Shown one piece after another: positions 1 to 7,178 of a stretch of 64,000 nt of DNA. The stretch covers positions 105,887 through 169,886 of the forward strand of contig JBGCEH010000001.1 of assembly GCA_045106195.1 (NCBI GenBank), read 5' to 3'. The position numbers and the translations under genes were made by a program. Position 1 is the first letter of the stretch, and each line of letters begins with the position of its first letter. The DNA is from Granulosicoccus sp. (GTDB lineage: Bacteria; Pseudomonadota; Gammaproteobacteria; Granulosicoccales; Granulosicoccaceae). The notes under the pieces were generated by a model, which was not told where the DNA came from, searched no databases, and was given only the letters and a program-made list of their open reading frames with translations.

Positions 1-1
1 A

Positions 2-238
2 CGCATCTGGAATCTGGAGCGCATGTTTAACCTGAAGGCAGGTCTCGGACGTGCCGACGACACCCTGCCTCCCCGTCTGCTGGAGACCCCGGCACCCAAT
101 GGCGTCGCAAAGGGTCGGGTCGCGGAGATGAACATCATGTTGCCAGAGTACTACCAGCTACGTGGCTGGGACACCGAAGGTCGCCCCACCGGCGAGACTC
201 TGGACAGACTAGGTCTTGGCTCGAACGGCGCTCATTGA
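2..238 (+). CDS. Aldehyde:ferredoxin oxidoreductase (AOR-family, W/Mo-bispterin) C-terminal end, 5'-partial
   Basis: Frame is open from position 2: [27 protein letters not shown]...[27 protein letters not shown] matches the AOR-family C-terminal pattern (ER.FN...G....DD.LP.R; YY..RGWD..G.PT..L..LGL). Confidence 0.88.
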   Translation, partial: RIWNLERMFNLKAGLGRADDTLPPRLLETPAPNGVAKGRVAEMNIMLPEYYQLRGWDTEGRPTGETLDRLGLGSNGAH

Positions 239-492
239 GTTTGCATATTGAGATAACCCTCGGCGGGGCGTTAATCAAGTATCTTCCGCAGGGTGAAAGT
301 GGAAACAGCTTCACGCTGTCAACGGACACCCCTCTCAGCCTCGAACAATTGCTGGCTCAGCTGGGAATCGGAGCTGACCAGCGTCTTCTGACTATCCTCA
401 ACGGACAGGTGATTCAGCCCAGCGTCTTTGGGACAACATTGATGTCCAATGGCGATGCGTTGTCTCTGATGCCACCTATCGTGGCCGGCTAG
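235..492 (+). CDS. MoaD/ThiS-family sulfur-carrier-like protein (ends -PPIVAG)
   Basis: 85 aa with a beta-grasp-like pattern (LNGQVI...[10 protein letters not shown]); overlaps the AOR stop by 4 bp; MoaD-like genes commonly follow AOR genes. Confidence 0.82.
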   Translation: MSLHIEITLGGALIKYLPQGESGNSFTLSTDTPLSLEQLLAQLGIGADQRLLTILNGQVIQPSVFGTTLMSNGDALSLMPPIVAG

Positions 493-511
493 TACTCGTG
501 GGCACGAGTAC
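492..511 (+). terminator. Stem-loop directly after the MoaD-like stop
   Basis: GTACTCGT-GGGC-ACGAGTAC is a perfect 8-bp stem; there is no U-tract, so the terminator role is uncertain. Confidence 0.4.
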
Positions 512-624
512 GACGGGAATGCTCGCCCTCCCACGTGGCTGAACTGAACGGCGCGTAACGCGTGATTACTTCCATAATCTGCGATTAGTCCTCATCATCT
601 CAAATGCAAGGGTATTAATTTGCG

Positions 625-652
625 TTGTATTTCTGTCGAAAACTCCTATAAA
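625..652 (+). promoter_or_regulatory. Putative sigma70 promoter for the small ORF at 705
   Basis: TTGTAT (625-630), 16 nt, TATAAA (647-652). Confidence 0.4.
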
Positions 653-704
653 GGGAGATACATCGCAAAGCTCTGCGCAGTCCCCCTGAAATGAGGAGAA
701 CATC

Positions 705-881
705 GTGAATCAGAAATTACAAAATGTGACACGGACTCTACACGAGCTGATCAATGCGCTACCTGCAGTAAAAGCACATTGCACTGCAGAGGTCCTGAAA
801 CGTCATCTGCAACTTATTGCGCACTTCCAGCGCCAATATGATCAACTGATTGCCTCTAATCAACAACCGAATCCAGTTTGA
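705..881 (+). CDS. Unannotated 58-aa small protein
   Basis: GTG start with strong SD GAGGAG at 693-698; MNQKLQNVTRTLHELINALPAVKAHCTAEVLKRHLQLIAHFQRQYDQLIASNQQPNPV; below the 60-aa cutoff of the ORF track. Confidence 0.6.
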   Translation: MNQKLQNVTRTLHELINALPAVKAHCTAEVLKRHLQLIAHFQRQYDQLIASNQQPNPV

Positions 882-935
882 CACATCCAGATACGAATGC
901 TTCTCAAGTGCGCTAAGGCATTGACTTTCAATAGA

Positions 936-993
936 TTTGCAATGTGTCACATTTGAAAGAAGGAACATCCACTTGGCGGCAGTGTCGTATAAT
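936..993 (+). promoter_or_regulatory. Possible CRP-like site plus -10 box upstream of HiPIP
   Basis: TTTGC-N6-TCACA (936-951) and a perfect TATAAT (988-993) with no good -35, which would fit an activator-dependent promoter. Confidence 0.3.
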
Positions 994-1034
994 CGAGCGA
1001 GTAGGAAAAGACCTTTTCACTGGAAGCATAAGAA

Positions 1035-1331
1035 ATGACTGATATTAAACGTCGTAAATTCGTAACGCTGATGGGTGCTAGCGCCACTGTTATCCCGGTA
1101 AGTGCCTTGGTAGCCAGTTTACCGAGCCATGCCGCTGATGCAGTCGATCCTGAGTCAGCTCAGGCGAAAGCACTCCAATATGTTGCCGAGACTACGAATC
1201 CAGAGCAGAATTGCTCGAACTGCACACTGTATTCAGGTGCTGACGGAGATGCCATGGGCCCTTGCCCGCTTTTCCCCGGTGCGGCAGTTCTATCCAATGC
1301 CTGGTGTAGTGCCTGGGTTCCCAAGGCTTGA
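1035..1331 (+). CDS. hip: High-potential iron-sulfur protein (HiPIP), Tat-exported
   Basis: Twin-arginine KRRKF leader ending AHA-like (PSHAA); A.AL.Y motif; Cys pattern CSNC...GPCPLFPG...WCSAW. Confidence 0.93.
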   Translation: MTDIKRRKFVTLMGASATVIPVSALVASLPSHAADAVDPESAQAKALQYVAETTNPEQNCSNCTLYSGADGDAMGPCPLFPGAAVLSNAWCSAWVPKA

Positions 1332-1351
1332 TCTAGAAGCCTTGTTTAACG

Positions 1352-1373
1352 ACGCACCCGCTTGCGGGTGCGT
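1352..1373. terminator. Intrinsic terminator between convergent HiPIP and rhodanese genes
   Basis: ACGCACCCGC-TT-GCGGGTGCGT 10-bp inverted repeat followed by a T-rich run on +; a second hairpin CAAGGCTT/AAGCCTTG lies at 1322-1344. Confidence 0.7.
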
Positions 1374-1398
1374 ACTGTACTTGTTTCTGCAGCCCAAA

Positions 1399-1818
1399 TC
1401 ATGGGTTAAACTCGTCTACCGGGCGCCTCTCTTTCAGCCATTCGCTGATGCCTAATGTTACGTTGTGAACTTTCGAGTAGCCAAGGCGCTTATCCAGTAG
1501 TCCTGCAATTTTTGCAGACCTGACGCCATGAGCGCAGATCAGCACTAGAGGCTGATCAGGTTTCACAATGGTATCCAGCTGAGCGAGCCATGCTTTTGCG
1601 TCGTACCTGCCTTTGGCGTCAAAAAACGTCATGGGGTGACTGCCAGGAATCATTCCTGTTCTTTCCCACTCGTCCTGTCGGCGCACATCGATAACGGCCA
1701 CCCCCTCTGCACGCAACTGCTCCAATGCAACGTTGTCGATTTCAATAATATCGGCTGATGCGGCGCGCCCGATCAGGCAGATAGTGAGGGCCAACAGAAA
1801 TATTACGGATCTGATCAT
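1399..1818 (-). CDS. Exported single-domain rhodanese (PspE-like sulfurtransferase)
   Basis: IDVRRQDEW..TGMIPGS and active-site loop ICAHGVRS; signal-peptide-like N-terminus from ATG 1818 (ORF track starts at 1863). Confidence 0.85.
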   Translation of the reverse strand: MIRSVIFLLALTICLIGRAASADIIEIDNVALEQLRAEGVAVIDVRRQDEWERTGMIPGSHPMTFFDAKGRYDAKAWLAQLDTIVKPDQPLVLICAHGVRSAKIAGLLDKRLGYSKVHNVTLGISEWLKERRPVDEFNP

Positions 1819-1883
1819 CACTGAATGGTTCAAGCTTCGTTGAAGCGTTACTATACCGTTCATCGACCGCTTGAGGCCTGCCC

Positions 1884-2846
1884 ATGGCTACCAGTCTTCT
1901 AACATTGCTCGACGACGTCGCATCCATTCTTGACGATGTTGCCGCGATGACAAAGATCGCGACGAGGAAGACCGCCGGTGTACTGGGCGATGATCTGGCA
2001 CTCAATGCGCAACAAGTCACCGGCGTAAAGGCTGACCGTGAATTACCGGTGGTCTGGGCAGTGGCCAAGGGCTCTGCTTTCAACAAGGTTATTCTGGTGC
2101 CTGTCGCCCTTTTCATCAGTTGGTTAGCGCCATGGCTTATCACACCGCTGCTGATGATTGGTGGACTCTATCTATGTTTTGAAGGTGTCGAGAAGCTCAG
2201 CCACAAATTTCTTCATCCCGAAGATGCAGCGCAATCCAGGCAGAAATTACTGGAAGCCGTTGCCAACGAAGAAGTGGATCTGGTGTCGCTTGAGAAGACC
2301 AAAATCAAGGGCGCAATACGAACCGACTTCGTACTTTCTGCAGAAATCATCGTGATATCACTGGGAACGGTCGCGGCAAGCACGTTCAGCGTCCGTGTGG
2401 CCACGCTCATTGCCATATCGATGATAATGACTGTTGGCGTTTACGGACTGGTTGCAGCGATCGTTAAACTCGACGACGCCGGTTTATACTTGAGCCAACC
2501 TAAGGATGGCAGCACGCCTAACCCTGTCAGTGCCGCAATAGGCCAGGGAATTCTGTGGTTTGCCCCATTATTAATGAAATTTCTGTCCGTAGTGGGTACC
2601 GCAGCCATGTTCATCGTAGGCGGTGGCATACTCACACATGGATTTCACTGGCTATCAGAGCAGATAGCGAGAGCTGCAAGTGGCGTTTCAGCTCTACCGG
2701 TATTCAGCGATATCAAAGGTATCGGCACCGTGGCAGAACAACTGACCGCTACACTGCTGAATACAAGCGTTGGTGTGCTGGCAGGCATTGCTGCGCTAAT
2801 CGTATATATGGGAGTCCAGAAGATGCGCGGAAGCCCCATTCACTAG
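1884..2846 (+). CDS. yedI: DUF808 family inner-membrane protein (YedI-like)
   Basis: N-terminus LLTLLDDVASILDDVAAMTK...AGVLGDDLALNAQQV and GAIRTDFVLSAEI are characteristic of the family. Confidence 0.9.
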   Translation: MATSLLTLLDDVASILDDVAAMTKIATRKTAGVLGDDLALNAQQVTGVKADRELPVVWAVAKGSAFNKVILVPVALFISWLAPWLITPLLMIGGLYLCFEGVEKLSHKFLHPEDAAQSRQKLLEAVANEEVDLVSLEKTKIKGAIRTDFVLSAEIIVISLGTVAASTFSVRVATLIAISMIMTVGVYGLVAAIVKLDDAGLYLSQPKDGSTPNPVSAAIGQGILWFAPLLMKFLSVVGTAAMFIVGGGILTHGFHWLSEQIARAASGVSALPVFSDIKGIGTVAEQLTATLLNTSVGVLAGIAALIVYMGVQKMRGSPIH

Positions 2847-2869
2847 CACTTAGCACTAGCACCACTACT

Positions 2870-3955
2870 CTAGCCATCGCGCATCTCGTTCTCTCCTGCA
2901 CCGGCTTCGATAAGCCCAATACTCAATGCACGCTGTTCCCATTGCTTTCGAGCCAGCGCCTGCATGTCAGTGGCATTGTCCTGCTCATCAACAATCTCTA
3001 GTCCCAATAGGGTTTCGATGACATCTTCCATAGTGACGATGCCTGCCGTACCACCAAATTCGTCCAGGACAATCGCTATGTGTTCGCGCTTCGAGGTGAA
3101 GTGATTGAACAGATCCGGTATGGGAAAATCCTCTTTAACAGCCAGCACATCGAGACGTATCGACGATAAAGCCTGATCCCCATTGCCCTCAACAATCTGT
3201 CGTAATACATGATCCTTGAGCACGTAGCCCGTTATATGGTCCGTGGACGTTTCGAATATGGGTATTCGCGAAAACCGCAGATTGGGATGCGTGTCGTGAA
3301 ACTCACGGATAGTCTCGTTCTGATCGCTGGCAATCATAACAGTGCGCGGTGTCATGACGTTTTTGGCAAAAATGGTATTGAAGCGCAACAGGTTACGAAG
3401 GATGTTTGACTCACCCTCGTCGAACACTCCTTGCTGAGAACCAAGCTCAGCCATAGCGCCAAAATCGGCACGACTGAATACCGATGCGTCCTTGTCCTTC
3501 TTGAGTGCCTTGGTGATGATCTGGCTGACAAACACCAAAGGCGCCAGCACCCACATAACAAACTTCAGAGAGCGCACAGTAAAGCCTGCAAGCTCCTGCC
3601 AGTAATTGGCACCAATGGTCTTGGGTATGATTTCGGACAGTATGAGGATGGCGAGAGTCATCAGCACCGGTACCACAGCCGTACCAATGAACGAGGCTCC
3701 CCAGATCTTGGTGGCCTGCGCACCAACCCCTATTGCACCCACCGTGTGAGCGATGGTGTTAAGGGTGAGAATGGCCGCCAGTGGCCTGTCTATATTGTCC
3801 TTGAAAATCTGGAGGGTGTCGCCCAATTCCCCACCTTCCTGAACTTTCATCTGCGTAAACGAGGGCGTGATGCTCAGCAGCACGGCCTCCCAGACGGAAC
3901 ACAAAAAAGAAAAAATAATGGAGACCAGTAAAAATACGATCAACAGGGTATACAT
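2870..3955 (-). CDS. CNNM/DUF21 + CBS-domain membrane protein (CorB/HlyC-like)
   Basis: SFLCSVWEAVLLS, ILTLNTIAHTVGA, LILSEIIPKTIG, VMTPR, FSRIPI, DEFGGTAGIVTMEDVIE. Confidence 0.9.
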   Translation of the reverse strand: MYTLLIVFLLVSIIFSFLCSVWEAVLLSITPSFTQMKVQEGGELGDTLQIFKDNIDRPLAAILTLNTIAHTVGAIGVGAQATKIWGASFIGTAVVPVLMTLAILILSEIIPKTIGANYWQELAGFTVRSLKFVMWVLAPLVFVSQIITKALKKDKDASVFSRADFGAMAELGSQQGVFDEGESNILRNLLRFNTIFAKNVMTPRTVMIASDQNETIREFHDTHPNLRFSRIPIFETSTDHITGYVLKDHVLRQIVEGNGDQALSSIRLDVLAVKEDFPIPDLFNHFTSKREHIAIVLDEFGGTAGIVTMEDVIETLLGLEIVDEQDNATDMQALARKQWEQRALSIGLIEAGAGENEMRDG

Positions 3956-4072
3956 GCAGAGTTCAAACCTTCTCTATCCGACGCAACGCGCTTTAGTCCC
4001 TGATGGTACCCGAACTCCATGTACACTGCGCACGCCCCCTGCATTGACATCCCCCGGAGCCCAATCTCGATC

Positions 4073-5434
4073 ATGACACCTGATGCAAGCGACTTCTGGT
4101 TCCTGCCCCTTGGTGGCTGTGGCGAAATCGGAATGAACATGAACCTTTATGGCCACGACGATCAATGGCTAATGGTGGATTGCGGTGTCACCTTCAGAGA
4201 CGCTGACGGTACCAATCGCAGCGGCTTTGACGTCCAGATGCCAGATCCTGCGTTTATCGAGGAACAAAAAACCAAGCTGCAGGGCGTGCTCCTCACTCAT
4301 GCACATGAAGACCATATCGGTGCAGTAGCCCCACTTTGGCGACGATTGCGCTGCCCCGTTTATGCGACTCCCTTCACAGCAGAAATGCTGCGGCGAAAGC
4401 TTGCAGAGCATGGCCTTGTTGGCAAGGTACCGGTACATCTCGTGGAACCTCTGGATCGGTTTAACATCGGCGCTTTCGACGTGGAATGGATTCCCAATAC
4501 ACATTCGATTCCCAGCCCTTGTGGACTGGCTATCCGCACACCTGCGGGTAGTGTTTTCCACACGGCTGACTGGAAACTGGATCCGAACCCTGTGGTGGGT
4601 CATGACTTCAGCGAGGATGTCTATCGAAAACTGGGACAGGACGGCATGCAGGCCATGGTGTGCGACTCGACCTGTGCCGATCAACCCGGGCACTCACTCT
4701 CTGAAGGTGCTTTGTATAACGGCCTTCACCATCACGTCAGCCAGTCCACCGGGCGTGTCATCGTCGCCTGCTTTGGCAGCAACATCGCACGCTTGCATAC
4801 GCTAACCAAAGTAGCGTCAGCCACCGGACGTCATCTGGGCCTCTTGGGCCGCTCATTGATCAACACCGCTGCGGCTGCGCGGGCTTCAGGGCTATGGCCC
4901 GATGGCACACCACTTGTACAAACAGACCATCTGGGATATCTGCCTCGGGAGACTCTGCTACTGGTGGCAACGGGCAGCCAGGGAGAACCCCGCACAGCGC
5001 TGAACCGGCTCAGTCACGATAACTTTCGCGACCTGGAACTGGATGCAGGGGATACGGTGATCTTCAGCGCTCGCGCCATTCCCGGCAACGAGGATCAAAT
5101 CAACAATCTGGTTGCCCGTCTCCGGGCAAAGGGTGTGATCATCATCAATCCGGAGTCTTCAGATTTGCCGATTCATGCGTCAGGCCATCCGGGGGCCGAA
5201 GAGCTGCGCAAGCTGTACGACTGGGTAAATCCGCAGCTGCTGATTCCGGTTCACGGCGAATCTGCTCATCTCGATGCACAAACAGAGCTTGCCAGAAACA
5301 GTGGTATTAAACGGCAATTGAACGGCCGCAACGGAGATCTTTTCACGATCGCTCCGACGACATCAATCAGGCGAAAAGCGGTGCCAGTGGGTCGACTGGG
5401 CGTTGGGAGAAAAGCGCTGGAAAAAATTAGCTGA
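4073..5434 (+). CDS. rnj: Ribonuclease J (beta-CASP metallo-beta-lactamase), lacking the C-terminal domain
   Basis: PLGGCGEIGMNM, THAHEDHIGA, THSIP, HTADWK, FGSNIARL, TGSQGEPR, SARAIPGNE, HASGH, PVHGE; start placed at ATG 4073 (track 4019). Confidence 0.88.
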   Translation: MTPDASDFWFLPLGGCGEIGMNMNLYGHDDQWLMVDCGVTFRDADGTNRSGFDVQMPDPAFIEEQKTKLQGVLLTHAHEDHIGAVAPLWRRLRCPVYATPFTAEMLRRKLAEHGLVGKVPVHLVEPLDRFNIGAFDVEWIPNTHSIPSPCGLAIRTPAGSVFHTADWKLDPNPVVGHDFSEDVYRKLGQDGMQAMVCDSTCADQPGHSLSEGALYNGLHHHVSQSTGRVIVACFGSNIARLHTLTKVASATGRHLGLLGRSLINTAAAARASGLWPDGTPLVQTDHLGYLPRETLLLVATGSQGEPRTALNRLSHDNFRDLELDAGDTVIFSARAIPGNEDQINNLVARLRAKGVIIINPESSDLPIHASGHPGAEELRKLYDWVNPQLLIPVHGESAHLDAQTELARNSGIKRQLNGRNGDLFTIAPTTSIRRKAVPVGRLGVGRKALEKIS

Positions 5435-5456
5435 ATAGAGCAGACCAGGAGCTCAG

Positions 5457-6248
5457 TTAAGCATGTTCAAGTCTGGATTCGACACGTGATAGTCGGTAAC
5501 CCACACGCCGTACCCTTTTCAATTCCCAACCCCGATCTCGAGACAGGCCCAGCTTCTTGCGTACTCTACAGGCTGCCGTATCTATTCGACGCGTATCCAT
5601 GTCAGGTGGCAAGGACCATACGGACGTCATCAGCTCCGAGTTCTTGACAACCATTTCCAGCCGTGAAAAAAGATGGCAAGCAAACTCAAACTCCTTAGGG
5701 CTGAGATCTATGAGTTCTCCAGCGCGCGTGACCTTGCGTTTTTGCACATCGAAATGGACATCACCCTCAGCAAACGAGCGCAGGAATACTGTGCGATGTT
5801 GACGCAATCCTGCCTCCAGACGAGCCTGAAGTATGGAGTCAGGTTCTTCTATGTTAAAAAAATGACGCGCTCCTCCATCAAGAAATCTGACGGAGGTCTC
5901 CTCTCTCGCGCAATCGGACAACACGATAATCCGCGACACTTTTACACCATCCGGCAAAGCAAACTCACTATCAGGCCGGTTAACACGATGACAGAACACT
6001 AGAGCAAAGGCCTGAACGTCTGACACTTGCTCACGATTGCAAATGAACAGTCGGGAGATACCGATACCGGCAATACCGGCAAAGCTGATCAACCTTGCAA
6101 CACGCGCACCGTCAATCGTATTATCTGCGACGATACCAACGGCGTTATTCGCGGTTTCTGAATTGTGGGGAGGACTAGCATGCAGCCCCGCAATGCTATC
6201 TTGAACTTCTGTAATCTGCGCGCCACTTCGTGACAACACTGCGACCAT
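5457..6248 (-). CDS. OmpR-family winged-helix regulator with degenerate receiver domain
   Basis: C-terminal LSPKEFE...ELMTSVWS...DTRRIDTAACRVRKKL...VRRVGYRL; the receiver lacks the phospho-Asp and the KP motif; start may be ATG 6248 or TTG 6299. Confidence 0.8.
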   Translation of the reverse strand: MVAVLSRSGAQITEVQDSIAGLHASPPHNSETANNAVGIVADNTIDGARVARLISFAGIAGIGISRLFICNREQVSDVQAFALVFCHRVNRPDSEFALPDGVKVSRIIVLSDCAREETSVRFLDGGARHFFNIEEPDSILQARLEAGLRQHRTVFLRSFAEGDVHFDVQKRKVTRAGELIDLSPKEFEFACHLFSRLEMVVKNSELMTSVWSLPPDMDTRRIDTAACRVRKKLGLSRDRGWELKRVRRVGYRLSRVESRLEHA

Positions 6249-6327
6249 GCAACACTCCAAAACATAAGTTGTTGCGCGTGTGACTGTACAACAGAGCAAA
6301 GGCCCTATCAGAAACTTGCACTGGGTA

Positions 6328-6357
6328 ATTGTAAAAAGCTACTTTACTCTTCTGCAA
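6328..6357 (-). promoter_or_regulatory. Putative sigma70 promoter of the atypical response regulator
   Basis: Minus strand TTGCAG (6357-6352), 18 nt, TACAAT (6333-6328). Confidence 0.4.
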
Positions 6358-7178
6358 ACAGTCTGCACATAACTTATGGCAGACGACAAGTACAACCGGT
6401 CTGGATATTCGAAGGAAATTTTACGTCCCTTGATAATCTTGCTTACGTATGCAGTATACACCGTACTACCGTGTTGTCGAGTGCACGTGACTGTCTTTTA
6501 CAATTCCACTAAGGTCTGACTTATCCGCGTTTCCAAGAACATCGCATGGTGCCCACGGCAGGCTTTTCATACACAAAAGCTTAAAAAAACATCGTAACTA
6601 CAAGAGGTTTATCAATTTTTTCACTTGCGTACCTTCTCGTTGCCTTGCTGCTGATCATGTCACCTACCAGTTAACACACAATCATTTAAAGCAAGCCCCG
6701 GAATAGAACTTCGACGCCGGAAATACCCGGGATCAGATCGCGCTAGCTCTACGTACAGAGAAACAAGAGCAAAAAAAGTATCATTTTTTACATGCGAAGT
6801 ATTAAAAGATCTCGCCCGCCAAGAGTAAAAAGTCACAAGGCTCACTTTTAAAATTCAGTAGCACGAAATTTAGCTATTAGTCATAGTGTTTAGCTAAAGG
6901 CATATATCCTTCTAGCTATAAAGGATAGTTTTTACCGCATGTACTTTGCGAACCCAAATTTAAGCCGAACCCGGATGCCCTATTACACTGGTCCATCACT
7001 GCTCTACTCGGGTGTTCGACACCGCTCTACTATTGGATGTAAGTTGAGTAGTTCATCAATGCTTGCATCTATATAGTCCAACGCAGCGCAGCTTTGAATA
7101 ACCATCTGCCGTCTCACTACTCTCCGGATGACCACCACTCTAGGGGTGGCCACCCACCATAGCTCAGGGTTGTTCGTC

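Noticed and set aside
2-1331. HiPIP as electron acceptor for the neighbouring AOR
   Set aside because: HiPIP is Tat-exported, high-potential and separately transcribed, whereas AOR-family enzymes use low-potential acceptors; proximity alone is not evidence.
2844-2862. TAGCAC micro-repeat (3 copies) between convergent stop codons
   Set aside because: Too short and imperfect, in a 23-bp gap with no obvious functional consequence.
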